A stretch of 64,000 bases of DNA, taken from Octopus vulgaris. Its lineage: Eukaryota. The stretch is from contig OX597832.1 in NCBI GenBank assembly GCA_951406725.2, forward strand, positions 40,734,001 to 40,798,000. The letters run 5' to 3'. This document shows positions 12,709-25,340 of the stretch, piece after piece. Below the pieces are notes generated by a model. It was not told the DNA's origin. It did not search any database and saw only the letters and a list, made by a program, of their open reading frames with translations. Position numbers and translations under genes: made by a program. Every line of letters starts with the position of its first letter. The stretch's first letter is position 1.

Positions 12709-13370
12709 TCCTCTGATGATCTGACAATTTTGCCAGTTTATTGCTCTGGACCGGGACTTCATTAGTTCAATTCTGAAAGAACAAAAGCCAAGTCTACTGT
12801 GGTAGCAGGGGTGGCCTTAAGCCAATTGGACCAATTACTCCCAATCAGGCCCCATGCCCAAAGAGGGCCCCACGCTCACGGAGATAGTTTAAACTTTTTA
12901 ATCTTGTCCAATACCACTGATGTAGAAAGAAGAAAAAAAAAGTTGGATGCCAACTCTGTTTTGTCTTCTGAATTAACCAAAGAGGGTGCATGGCAGCAAA
13001 TTTTGCTGAAGGGAGAGCTTGTATTTTTTTTTTTAATTTGTGAACCCAGTTTTAGAATGCAAATGTTCAGTTTTTTTTTTTAAATTGAGAAAATACAATA
13101 TTGTTTTATTTTTTGTTGTTACATGTGTGCGTGTGCATGCATGCATATATTTTCATACCAAGAAAGGTCATCTCATATGACCTTGGTCTTTATTAAATTT
13201 TTTTTCCTTGCTTTATGCTTGATTAAATGGAATAATTTTTGCTTGGGGAGAAAGTTTATTCTCTCTCGTTTAAATTGGAGCAAGCAGAGTTATCTACCTT
13301 GCTGCATTCAGATTTGAACTTTATTTGCAAAGGTTGAGTTCAAACGTTTACCACACGTTTCTTCTTCTTT

Positions 13371-13418
<48 letters not shown>

Positions 13419-13730
13419 GTTCTTGTTCTTCTTGTTCTTCTTCTTCTTCTTCTTCTTCTTCTTCTTCTTCTTCTTCTTCTTCTTCTTTAATTTTTTAGCC
13501 TGGGGGTGAGTATAGTCAATTTAGTCAATTGTATCAGCCTAGTATAAAATACTGTCACGTAGTTTATTTCTGCTCCTCATTCTCTAGGCAAATAAAAAAA
13601 CCCCAAAAAACCTAAAGTTAACCTTGGTGGGATATGAACTTAGGAAGGCTGTAAAGGGCTGTAACTGAATACTGAAATTAATACTACCTTGTGTTCACTG
13701 CTCCTCCCGTCCATCCCGCTTCTATTTTCC

Positions 13731-13894
13731 TATCTTTTACTTGTTTCAGTCACTGATCTGCTGTCATGCTGGGACAACCCCCCCCCCCTGTGAAAGGTTT
13801 AGTCGAGCAAATTAACACCAGTATATATTTTCTAACCTTGGTACTTATTCTAGCATCGGTTGTCTAGTGATGACGGGAGGACAAACACAGACAC

Positions 13895-13942
<48 letters not shown>

Positions 13943-14139
13943 ACATATATATATATATATAGATGTAAATATATACGATGGGCTTCTTTCAGTTTCCATC
14001 TACCAAATCCACTCACAAAGCTTTGGTCAGCCCGAGGCTATAGTAGAAGACACTTGCCCAAGGTGCCACGCAGTGGGACTGAACCCAGAACCATGTGGTT
14101 GGTAAGCAAGCTACTTACCACACAGCCACTCCTGCGCCT
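13731..14139 (-). mobile_element. SINE-A copy
   Basis: Reverse complement of the 2198-2612 head and tail. Confidence 0.88.
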
Positions 14140-14266
14140 TGTAATATTTCCTTTTTCTTTTTGTTCCCATATGCAAACTGTAATCACTTATCGTATAACC
14201 AAACTAATTTCCGGGAAAGAGTTAACGTTATGAGGAAATGGAGTTGATATAAGATGAAGAGAGAGA

Positions 14267-14346
<80 letters not shown>

Positions 14347-14554
14347 CAGACTTTTATTCATTAATCTAAAATAGATTGTTGCAGTAAGTACCAGTCATGA
14401 ATTAAGATTAATTCAGTCAACTTTGGTTGATGGTAAATCTCCTTGTGATTTCCATATCTGTTGAGATCAAGTTACATAGTGACAGCTTCCTCACCCCCGC
14501 CCCTTAACCTTATGGTATCTATCCTGTCACTATAGTGAGGCTCATCCCATCACA

Positions 14555-14745
14555 AGCTAAATAGGAAGCATTTATGTGGTCACTTTTCATGCTAGAAATA
14601 GCAACCAAATCTCAAATCACTTTATATTATCTGCAAAATTGGAAGTTCACACTAGAGAATGTAGTCCTCAGACATAGGATGATCGTGTCTGGAATATCTT
14701 TGATAATAGGTCTGCTGGGTCAGGACTGACCTAGCGCTAAATAAC
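14555..14745 (+). mobile_element. Family E short repeat (no tRNA head), old copy
   Basis: TGCTAGAAATAGCAACCAAATCTC...GACCTAGCGCTAAATAAC; homologous to 46174-46361, 47528-47728 and 55226-55458. Confidence 0.7.
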
Positions 14746-15089
14746 CGCTGATCTCGGTCAATATTTCTTCTCCAGTATTTCTTCTCTCTGTTTCTCTCTC
14801 TCTCTCTCTGGAAAAAATTCATTGTCTAACTTAAAGAGGAATGGTCTACACCAGGTTCGATACTCAAGACAACCCATCTGTTATGATGGCACCCCTCTGA
14901 TTTGAACTCCCATCTCCTGATGAGTTGAGGGCTCAAGGCTAGTGGTTCACCCATGCACTGCTGATTAACCAAGCTATTGTGTCTATAATATAATTGTCTT
15001 CTTTACGTTGAATTAATAAAGAAGTTTCTTTATTCTTGCTTGACCAGTTAAAAATGACAACCAAATCTCTCTCAGAAGGACATACTCTT

Positions 15090-15286
15090 ATACTCTTTTA
15101 CTTGTTTCAGTCATTTGACTGTGGCCATGCTGGAGCACCACCTTTAGTCGAGCAAATCGACCCCGGGACTTATTCTTTGTAAGCCCAGTACTTATTCTAT
15201 CGGCCTCTTTTGCCGAACCGCTAAGTGATGGGGACATAAACACACCAGCATCGGTAGTCAAGCGATGCTGGGGGGACAAACACAGA

Positions 15287-15375
<89 letters not shown>

Positions 15376-15535
15376 GATAGGCTTCTTTCAGTTTCCGTCT
15401 ACCAAATCCACTCACAAGGCATTGGTCGAAGACACATAGCAGAAGACACTTGCCCAAGGTGCCACGCAGTGGGACTGAACCCGGAACCATGTGTTTGGTT
15501 AGTAAGCTACTTACCACACAGCCACTCCTGCACCT
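15090..15535 (-). mobile_element. Full-length SINE-A copy
   Basis: Near-identical reverse complement of the young A consensus. Confidence 0.92.
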
Positions 15536-15790
15536 ATGTTAAATATGTTAAATAATGTATTTCAAGATATACTGTGTGAATGAGCCGAGGACACTGGAGG
15601 TGAATTTGGGAAGAGGGATGAAATAGAAGATGGAATCTTGGGAAGTTGGGGGCGTATATTGTTACCTTGCAGAGAAGTTATTTCGAGGTTGAAGATGAAG
15701 CACTTTATCTTGTGTTTTACAAGTCTCCTCTGATCCGTAGTGATGGAGAACACACAGATTGAGAGGTGGTCAGTCAAGTGGCTGGCTAAA

Positions 15791-16019
15791 TTAACCCTTT
15801 CATTACTCTATTTCTTTTGAGATGCTCTGTATTTCTTTCTATTAATTTTAAATGTAACAAAGAATTTAGTAAAATAATTTGGTTATCATTCAGCTAGTGT
15901 TAGGAACATAAATTGTGATTAAGGTTTGGTGGAAGATATTAATTCAAAACTTATGAAAACAAGACATTTGTACTCAGAACCAGGGGCTGTTTCAGCTGAG
16001 TTGGTAACAAAAGGGTTAA
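15791..16019. mobile_element. piggyBac-type MITE P1, copy 3 (opposite orientation)
   Basis: TTAA|CCCTTT...AAAGGG|TTAA; body is the reverse complement of 8504-8732. Confidence 0.88.
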
Positions 16020-16121
16020 AGTAACAGGTTCTAGATTTGTGGACTGTCTGGGTATCGTTCCTGGAAATCACCCCACAAATAGCAACGTATCATTTTGTAC
16101 CATTTGCCTGTTGGTATATTG

Positions 16122-16332
16122 TACTTACTTGTACTTGTGGTGACATTCACCCTGGGTGGGTTGAGTCGGCTTCTTCCACCACCCTCGAGGCATCTCGAAC
16201 CATGGCTGCCCACGCACGACGGTCCTGTGCCAGTTCACTGGAGATAGCGAGCCAGTCACGGTTCCATTGACGCAGGCCGACCACCTGCAGTCCCGTGAGC
16301 ACGGAGCAGTCCTCCTTGATTGTCGTAACCCA
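16122..16332 (-). mobile_element. 5'-truncated RTE LINE 3' end with TSD GGTATATTG, inserted in an R4/Dong relic (copy 1)
   Basis: Minus frame WVTTIKED...GLRQWNRDWLAISSELAQDRRAWAAMVRDA...PG* plus a (CAAGTA)n tail. GGTATATTG at 16113-16121 and 16333-16341. Confidence 0.85.
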
Positions 16333-16475
16333 GGTATATTGCTCAGTGAACATAGCTGCCGACTTAACGACGACTGTGTATATATCTGGACTTTGCAAGG
16401 ACTGGGCAGCCAGAAACATTGTGGTCAACTTTTTCACTGTGCTGGTTGCATTGTCTGTACTTGATATTATTTTCT
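16333..16475 (-). mobile_element. R4/Dong-clade LINE zinc-knuckle fragment (copy 1)
   Basis: Minus frame KYRQCNQHSEKVDHNVSGCPVLAKSRYIH..VGSYVH, a decayed CxxC-H-C knuckle and RHN region. Confidence 0.75.
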
Positions 16476-16914
16476 AAGGCTGTGAACCGGTAGAATTGTT
16501 GGCATGCTGGGCAAAATGCTTAGTAGTATTTCGTCCATCTTTACACTGTAGAATTTGCATGCTATACAGTTATTAGGTTGGAGAAAATGCAGTCAGAGTT
16601 TTTTGATTGCATTGATAGTGGACTTGGTATGATTTGGAAGATAAGGGGATGAGTAGGGTTTCAAGGTAAGAGTAAATATATTTTCCCTGATGGATAAAAA
16701 GCACCCACTAAACTCATGGAGTGGTTGGCATTAGGAAGGGCATCCAGCCGTAGAAACATTGCCAGATCAGACTGGGCCTGGTGCAGCCTTCTGGCTTCCC
16801 AGATCCCAGTTGAACCGTCCAACCCATGCTAGCATGGAAAGCGGACGCTAAACGATGATGATGATGATGATGGATAGCACAAGGGTGAAAGGAACTCCGT
16901 CTTGACTCATCTTA

Positions 16915-17015
16915 AAGGAAGAGAGAGAGAGGAGGCTCAGGTAAGACTGAAATGGTTATGGGATCCGATTGCAGAAGGCAGAAGTTGTGAAGGATGATGT
17001 TCTTAATGAAGCCAA
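16915..17015 (-). mobile_element. Penelope-like element fragment
   Basis: Minus frame FIKNIILHNFCLLQSDPITISVLPEPPL resembles the PLE RT-to-GIY-YIG linker. A possible GIY-YIG C-terminal relic also lies at 15660-15790(-). Confidence 0.55.
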
Positions 17016-17569
17016 AGAAAGCAAGTCTCGGCTCTAAGGCAGGCGGGTGCATAAGAGGAGTGCAGATGCCCAGCAGATGGCTTGGCTTTAATAGAGGGCA
17101 GCGTGCACTAGTGACATATTTGCTTTGACTTGACGTTGGAGCCGACAGTTTGGGTGAGGAAAGGAGCGAGCGAGCGTATTGGTTCGTAGAGTAGAGACAT
17201 GGGTGGGGTGGATAAGAACAGAAATGTGTAGGAAGCTGCAGGAGTTATTAGAGAAAGGGGTGGAGAGTAACTAATTTGCTTAATTGCACAAGTTGACTCA
17301 CTTTTTCCTCTCTCATTTTTCTCTCTTTCTACCTCACTTTCTTTATCTTCCTTTTTCTCTTTCTCCCTCTCTCATCTCTGATTTTCTTCTTTTCCCTCTC
17401 TCTCATTTTCTCCCTCCAATCTATCTTCTCTACTTTCTCTGATCTCTTTCTCCATTCCTCTCCCCTTTTTTCTTCTTCTTCCTCTTTCTGTTCTCTTCCT
17501 TTCCCTATTTTTATTCTTTGTCCCTTTTCCAGTCATTCATTCATTTCAATATAATTGTTGTATTATTTC

Positions 17570-17759
17570 CTATATTACTATTATTATTACTATTATTATT
17601 ATTATTATTATTGTTACTATTATTATTATTATTATTATTATTATCATTATTATTATTATTATTATTTATATATATATTTATTTATTATTATTATTATTAT
17701 TATTGTTTATTTATTTATCATCATCATCATCATCATCATCATTATTATCATTATTATTA

Positions 17760-17824
<65 letters not shown>

Positions 17825-17848
17825 GTTGTTGTTGTTGTTGTTGTTGTT
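17570..17848. repeat. (ATT)n/(ATC)n/(GTT)n array
   Basis: Seen directly in the sequence. Confidence 0.95.
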
Positions 17849-18416
17849 GGAGGATTGGCAGAATTGTTATTGTGTTGGAAAGAGTACTTTGCAGTATTTG
17901 CTGCAACTCTTTTACAGTTCCATTTCAAATCCTGCTGAGGTAAACTTTGTTCCAATCAGGTCCTGAGACTAATGCCAATGACTACCCTTCTCCCTTCAAA
18001 AAACTTGCTAGCCTTATTTTGAAGCCTTAATTTGAAGCAATTACAAAGTTTGAAAGAATTGTTGGTGCTGGTTACAATGTGTCCCAGTATTTGTTCAAGT
18101 GCCTTGCATTCTGAGCTGAAACCCTTTGCCTTTCATAAAGCCAGAGTTGATGTGATAAAGTACAAGTCAAGTACAGGGCTCAAAGGTATCGACTGATTCC
18201 TTCCCTGCAAATTTGTTGGCCTTGTGCTTAAATTGGAAACCATTTATTACTTAAGGTGGCTCAGAATCATTAGAATGCCAGGAAATATACTCTGCAGCAC
18301 TCATATCAGCTCTTTATGCTTTGAATTCAAATATCGCTGATGTCAGCTTTGCTTTCTGTCCATTTTTTTTGGTTTGTCTAAGTATTGGTGTCAATGGTAT
18401 AGACTAATTCTCTCCT

Positions 18417-18870
18417 GGCGGCGAGCTGGCAGAAATGTTAGCACGCCAGGCAAAATGCGTAGCCGTATTTCGTCTACTGTTACGTTCTGAGTTCAAATTC
18501 TGCCGAGGTCGACTTTGCCTTTCATCCTTTCGTGTGTGTGTGTGTTCATGCGCGTGCAACTGGTGTTGGTTTGTTTACATTCCTGTAACTTGGTGGTTCA
18601 GCAGAAGAGACTAATAGAATAATTACTAGACTTTTTGAAGGCGGCGGGCTGGCAGAAACAATAGCATGCTGGGCGAAATGCTTAGCAGTATTTCGTCTGC
18701 CACTATGTTCTGAGTTCAAATTCCGCTGAAGTCGACTTTGCCTTTCATCCTTTCGGGGTTGATAAATTAAGTACCAGTTATGCACTGGGGTCGATGTAAT
18801 CAACTTAATACTTTTGTCGGTCTTTGTTTGTCCCCTCTATGTTTAGCCCCTTGTGGGTAGTAAAGAAATA
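18417..18870 (+). mobile_element. Composite SINE-B head + (TG)n + SINE-A piece + full SINE-B, between 19-bp direct repeats
   Basis: GGTATAGACTAATTCTCTC at 18396-18414 and 18871-18889. Confidence 0.75.
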
Positions 18871-18942
18871 GGTATAGACTAATTCTCTCTCCTGAAAAAT
18901 TGCTGGTTTTGTGCTTAAATCAAAAACTATTGTTGTTATTAT

Positions 18943-19343
18943 TTACTCTTTTACTTGTTTCAGTCATTTGACTGCGGCCATGCTGGAGCACCGCCTTTAA
19001 TCGAGCAACTCGACCCCGGGACTTATTCTTTTGTAAGCCTAGTACTTATTCTATCGGTCTCTTTTGCCGAACCGCTAAGTAACGGGGACATAAACACACC
19101 AGCATCGGTTGTCAAGCGATGTTGGGGGGGGGGGGCAGACACAGACACACAAACACACACACGCACATATATATATATACATACATATATACGACGGGCT
19201 TCTTTCAGTTTCCGTCTACCAAATCCACTCACAAGGCATTGGTCGGCCCGAGGCTATAGTAGAAGACACTTGCCCAAAGTGCCACGCAGTGGGACTGAAC
19301 CCGGAACCATGTGGTTGGTAAATAAGCTACTTACCACACAGCC
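18943..19343 (-). mobile_element. Young SINE-A copy
   Basis: Reverse complement of the young A consensus. Confidence 0.92.
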
Positions 19344-19888
19344 AAGACAGTTTTATGTGCATTTTTATTGCATCATTCGGTGCATTTCTGTGTCCCCAGG
19401 TGGTATGGTTTTGCAATGTAGATCTGTGTTAGCATACTACATCAGTGTTACTTTGTTAATGCCTTTGGCATATGGCTTCTGGTGATATTTTAGTGTTTCT
19501 TCCATTGTATCAGAGTATGTACAATTGGAGTTGTGTGATTGTGTTGAGTGGTTAACATGTTATATATGGGCTGGATAATTGATGTTACAGGTTCCAGAGT
19601 CAGATAAGTTATTGTGTATGGTATGTTTGTCTGTGTGGTATTAATGTGTTACAGCTGTGTAGTACGGGAGATAGAGTGTTAGATATCAGTTATGCAGGGG
19701 TGTATGCTGTGTTATTTTATTGGGTGGTTATTGTGTAGTGTTATGTGTTGTGTGCAGAGAGTGTGTTATTTGGAAATAGGAATCGAGTGACTTCACAGGA
19801 CATGAGCTGTAACTAGTAGAGAGCTATTTTAGGAATCGTGAGTAATGTTGTGAGCCCTGGTATATATTTGTTAGTTTTTTTTTATTTA

Positions 19889-20052
19889 TAGGCGCAGGAG
19901 TGGCTGTGTGGTAAGTAGCTTGCCTACCAACCGCATGGTTCCGGGTTCAGTCCCACTGCATGGCACCTTGGGCAAGTGTCTTCTGCTATAGCCTCGGGCC
20001 GACCAAAGCCTTGTGAGTGGATTTGGTAGACGGAAACTGAAAGAAGCTCGTC

Positions 20053-20096
<44 letters not shown>

Positions 20097-20301
20097 CTGT
20101 GTTTGTCCCCCCAACATCACTTGACAACCGATGCTGGTGTGTTTATGTCCCCGTCACTTAGCGGTTCGGCAAAAGAGACTGATAGAATAAGTACTGGGCT
20201 TACAAAAGAATAAGTCCCGGGGTCGAGTTGCTCGACTAAAGGCGGTGCTCCAGCATGGCCGCAGTCAAATGACTGAAACAAGTAAAAGAGAATAAAAGAG
20301 T
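19889..20301 (+). mobile_element. Young full-length SINE-A copy
   Basis: AGGCGCAGGAGTGGCTGTGTGG...AAATGACTGAAACAAGTAAAAGAG. Confidence 0.92.
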
Positions 20302-20304
20302 ATC

Positions 20305-20950
20305 CCTTGTACTCCAGTTATTATTGCTTCTGTATTTACTTCCAAACTCCACATCCTGTTTCTTTTGATTTCAAAAATCCTTATATTTTGACAGATTGTC
20401 TATTTCCTTTTGAGCAATATTTTGGTCAGGAAGTATCACATCTATTAACAAATGTCTTCGTTCCAGCCCTTGATTATCATATCTGGATGGCTTGCTTTGA
20501 TCTTCTTCAGGTGGATATGTCTCAGATGATTGTGGCTATGTTGTTGCCATCTGTCATGTTTGATACATTTTGTACCACTTGCCTGTTGGTGTATTGTACT
20601 TAATTGTACTTGTGGCGACATTCACCCTGGGCGGGTTGAGTCGGCTTCTTCTACCACCTTCGAGGCATCTCAAACCATGGCAGCCCACGCGTGACAGTCC
20701 TGCGCCAGTTCACTGGAGATAGCGAGCCAGTCACGGTTCCATCGGCGCAGGCCGACCACCTGCAGTCCCGTGAGCACGGAGAGGTCCTCCTTGATCGTCG
20801 TAACCCAGGTATATTGCTCAGTGAACATAGCTGCCGACTTAACGATGACTGTGTATATATCTGGACTTTGCAAGGACTGGGCAGCCAGAAACATTGTGGT
20901 CAACTTCTTCACTGTCCTGGTTGCATTGTCTGTACTTGATATTATATTCT
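20305..20950 (-). mobile_element. R4/Dong-clade LINE relic (zinc knuckle and restriction-like endonuclease) interrupted by an RTE fragment at 20597-20807
   Basis: Minus frames with frameshifts: CNQ..E.VDHNVSGCPVLAK, PTGKWY, IKASHPDMIIK, IDVILPDQNIAQKEIDNLSKYKD, RMWSLEVNTEAIITGVQG, matching the PD..D..K RLE signature. Confidence 0.82.
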
Positions 20951-21503
20951 AAGGCAGTGGGCCGGTAGAATTGGTGATATGCTGGGCAAAATGCTTAGTA
21001 GTATTTCGTCTGTCTTTATGTTCTGAGTTCAAATTCCACCGAGGTTGACTTTACCGTTCATCCTTTCGGGGTCAATAAAATAAGTACCAGTTGAGTACTA
21101 GGGTCGATGTAATCGACTTACCCCCTCTCCCCCAAATTCAGGCCCTGTGCCTATAACAAAGGACATTAGCATCTTCTTTCACTGTTTTATTTTTGTAGTT
21201 GTTAGTGATTTGATGATAGTTTTTATGCAGCTGCAACCAGGCTTTCTCTCTCTGCTTGGAGCTCAAAGCTTTTGAACCAGCGTTTGCTTTCATTTTCAAT
21301 TACATCTCTGTTGAGCCTAACAGTTTCATTGAGTAGTTTTTCTCTTTAATTCTGCTTCAGTATATTTTGTAACTCTCTTTTGATATTGTCTTTTCTTTTC
21401 TAAACTTTTTCTGTTTTCTCTTTTCCTCTAAATCTGTTATTATTATCATGTAGTTGGTTTTCTGTTTGTGCTTTAATATTTCTTTATATATATATATATA
21501 TAT

Positions 21504-21537
<34 letters not shown>

Positions 21538-21960
21538 CCATTGTTTAACGTCCGTTTTCCATGCTAGCATGGGTTGGGCGATTTGACTGAGGGCTGGCGA
21601 ACCAGATGGCTGCACCAGACTCCAATCTTGATCTGGCAGAGTTTCTACAGCTGGATGCCATTCCTGACACCAACAACTCCATGAGTGTAGTGGGTGCTTT
21701 TTATGTGCCACTGGCACGGGGGTCAGTCAGGCGGTACTAGAGAGAGAGAATTTGGTTTTCATATTTCCTTATTGCATTTATCATCTTACCTTTGCTCAGG
21801 ATTATCCGAACAAACAAACAAAACCTTTATGGCCTCATCATCTTTTTGGAGTTTTACTTTTTTTTTCCTGTTCTTTTTGTAACAGGCTTATTTTGTTGCC
21901 ATCATTATCATCATCACTGTGATTTGTTGTTGTTATTATACATATCATCATCATCATCAT

Positions 21961-22189
21961 TGAGGTGGTGTGCTGGCAGAATCGTTAGCATGCTGAGCAA
22001 AATGCTTAGCGGCATTTGGTCTGTCTTTACGTTCTGAGTTCAAATGACATTGCCTTTCATCCTTTTGGGGCAGATAAAATAAGTACCAGTTGAACACTGG
22101 GGTCGATGTAATCAACTTAACCCCTCCCCAAAATTGCTGGCCTTGTGTCAAACTTTGAAATTATTATTATTATTATTATTATTATTATT
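21961..22189 (+). mobile_element. Older SINE-B subfamily copy with (ATT)n tail abutting the exon acceptor
   Basis: GCTGGCAGAATCGTTAGCATG...GAGTTCAAAT...CCTTTCATCC...AAATTGCTGGCCTTGTG...(ATT)n. Similar old B copies at ~20950-21155, 32727-32900, 33038-33260, 38888-39090, 49022-49240 and 59266-59475. Confidence 0.85.
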
Positions 22190-22213
22190 TTTTTTTTTTT
22201 AATTCCTTTTCAG

Positions 22214-22294
22214 TTTGCAATCTTTGATGAGATTGACCTGTCTGACCTAAGTGTTGCTGAATGCAGTACCAAAAACATTAATCATAGTTTCCAG
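22214..22294 (+). CDS. DGKH: Type II DGK PH-domain exon 3 in window: FAIFDEIDLSDLSVAECSTKNINHSFQ
   Basis: ccttttCAG acceptor, 81 nt, CAG|GTAAAT donor. Matches vertebrate [27 protein letters not shown]; phase 0. Confidence 0.96.
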
Positions 22295-22649
22295 GTAAAT
22301 AAACCTTCTCTCTTCTCTTTACCATTCTTCTGCTTGATTGACGTGCTACAGATGGTCACCTTCCATCCACTGGTTCTTGTTGTTGTGGTTAAGTTCAGGT
22401 TCAGTCTTAAATGTTTAACTTAGAGTGTGGTTTTGGGGGGTTTGCATCATTAAAATAATCCCCAGTAATATGCTAAGGCTCAGTGTATTTAAAGCTGTAC
22501 ACATTTCCATTGTGTGATGGTTGTAAACAAGCATCACTGTCATACAAGCGAGGTTGAATTGAACTTGGTGTAAAAGTCATGCAATATTTAGATTTAAATG
22601 CCTACATTTTACCAATTCTGCCTCTAGAGTCTATGTTGCATTCATCATT

Positions 22650-23030
22650 TTCACCACCACCACCATTCATGACCACCACCACCACCATTCACCACCACCA
22701 CCATTCACCACCACCACCACCACTACCACCACCACCACCATTCACCACCACTACCACCACCATTCACCACCACCACCACCACCACCACCACCATTCACCA
22801 CCACCACCACCACCACCACCATTCACCACCGCCACCACCACCACCACCACCACCACCACCACCGCCACCACCACCACCACCATTCACCACCGCCACCGCC
22901 ACCGCCACCACCACCACCTTCATTGTTGTTGTCATTGTCATCATCACGATCAGCTTTGTTATCATCTTTGTTATCATCCTCAACTCCTCCTCGTCTTCCT
23001 CCTCTTTTGGCTGCTGCATCATCATCATCA
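22650..23030. repeat. (CCA)n-rich low-complexity array
   Basis: Seen directly in the sequence. Confidence 0.95.
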
Positions 23031-23899
23031 GAAAAAAAGCAGTGATGATACATAGATGCAAAAGCCAAATGTTTGCAGAGAACAGGTTTAGTTTTATTAA
23101 AGCTGTTTCAACGTATTACTGGTACTTAAGTTATTGACCCTGGGAAAAAAAACAACAACAAAAAAAGCAAAAATATGCAAGAAATAACATTACTAGTTGA
23201 TCTTTTTTACATTTTCTGGAAAGTTGCTGAAGACATCTCCTACTCCTAATCAGATCTCCGTTTATTCTGTGTTCAAATGCTCACTCATACCTGAGCGCCA
23301 CTGAGCTGCCTCGGAATGCAGTTCTGGAGCAAAAACAGGAAATGCTTTCCTCTTATCAGGTTTCCCCCACATCCAGTTTCTTCTTATTACTTCCTCGCCC
23401 ATCTCGACTGCTGTGTGCAGTTTGGCTTTCGTAGAGGTAATAATCTTTTACAAACAGTACAAATTCCAACATCACCATCTCTCTTTCCTTATCAAATTTG
23501 ACCAAAGACGTCCGCCCCCCACCCACCTCCCCACCCCCACCCACCCACTACAAATCTTGGTGATTGCCTGTTTGAAATTCTTGTCCTTCCACTCCCCCTC
23601 CTCCCCCTCCTCACACACCTTTATCTCGGTTTCCCCGGTTTCCTTCCATGCCCTGTCCTTCCTAAATTTAAACATTCTTTACTGCAGGTGTTCTCTCAGA
23701 AATAGTCAAATTGTGTACACAACTGCTAACGTTTCTCGTGCATATATATCTATACATGTATATGCATATATGTTTGTGTGTGTATATATATATATATGTG
23801 CGTGTGTGTGTTCGTTCTTGACGTCATAAAGATTCATAAACTTTTGAGAGAACATGAATTAACACTCATTTAGAATATATATATATATAAATATATAAA

Positions 23900-23908
23900 T
23901 TATGTATA

Positions 23909-23960
<52 letters not shown>

Positions 23961-24450
23961 TGTATTTTTAAAATTATATGTATATATGTGTGTATGTATA
24001 TGTATATATATATATGCATATATATATATATGCATATATATATATATGCATGTATATATATGCATGTATATATATGCATATATATATATGCATATATATA
24101 TATGCATATATATATATATGCATATATATATTTATATGCATATATATATATATATATATATGCATATATATATATATGCATATACATATATATATGCATA
24201 TATATATATGCATATATATATATGTATATGCATATATATATGCATATATATATATATGCATATATATATGTATATGCATATATATATGCATATATATATA
24301 TGCATATATATATATGCATATATATATATATATGCATATATATATGCATATACATATATATATATGCATATATATATATATGCATATATATATGCATATA
24401 AATATATATGCATATATATATATATATATGCATATATATATGTGTGTATG
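23900..24450. repeat. (TA)n tract punctuated by TATGCATA palindromes
   Basis: Dozens of (TA)nTGCA units, mostly between 24001 and 24440. Confidence 0.95.
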
Positions 24451-24777
24451 TTTGAATTTACAAGCAAGAGGAGAGCGTCCTGAATACAAAAGCAGAGTGT
24501 GATTATTATGTATTGTAATGATGAGTTTTGCAAGTATCCTCACAAGTGGGCAGTCACTGAATAACTAATTATCAAGAAATGTGTCTTAATCAAAAAAACA
24601 GAAAATGGAAAAGAAAAAAAAAAGAAAGAAAACTGATATGAATATAAATAAAACTAATTACTGGTGCAATAAGGTTTTTTTTTCCGTTCCTGTATTGTAC
24701 TTTTAGTATAAATTAATCTGTATGAATATATGCATATATCTACGTATATTTAGATATCTGTATATATCCATATATAG

Positions 24778-24826
<49 letters not shown>

Positions 24827-24853
24827 TGTATATATGTGTCTCTTTCTCTCTCC

Positions 24854-24890
<37 letters not shown>

Positions 24891-24909
24891 TGTATATGAA
24901 TGTATATAT

Positions 24910-25021
<112 letters not shown>

Positions 25022-25099
25022 ATGGTTATGTACTTAGCTATAATAATGATGAGGAGGCTAATAATAGTAATGTTTTCTGGAAAATGGTATTTAATATAT

Positions 25100-25266
25100 A
25101 GGTGAAGTTGTGATTGTGTGGTTAGAAGTTTGCTTTCCAAACACATGGTCCTTGGTCCCAGTGTGTAGACCTTGGGCAAGTGTCTTCTACTACAGCCCTG
25201 GACTGAACAGAGCCTTGTGAGTAGACTTTGATAATGGGAACTGAAAGAAGCCCCCTCATGTATAGA

Positions 25267-25340
<74 letters not shown>

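Noticed and set aside
23900-24543. Long overlapping ORFs of 130-190 aa (MHIYIY...), and similar ORFs at 29006-29754 and 40863-42355
   Set aside because: Stop-free frames produced by TA/CA microsatellites, with no domain content.
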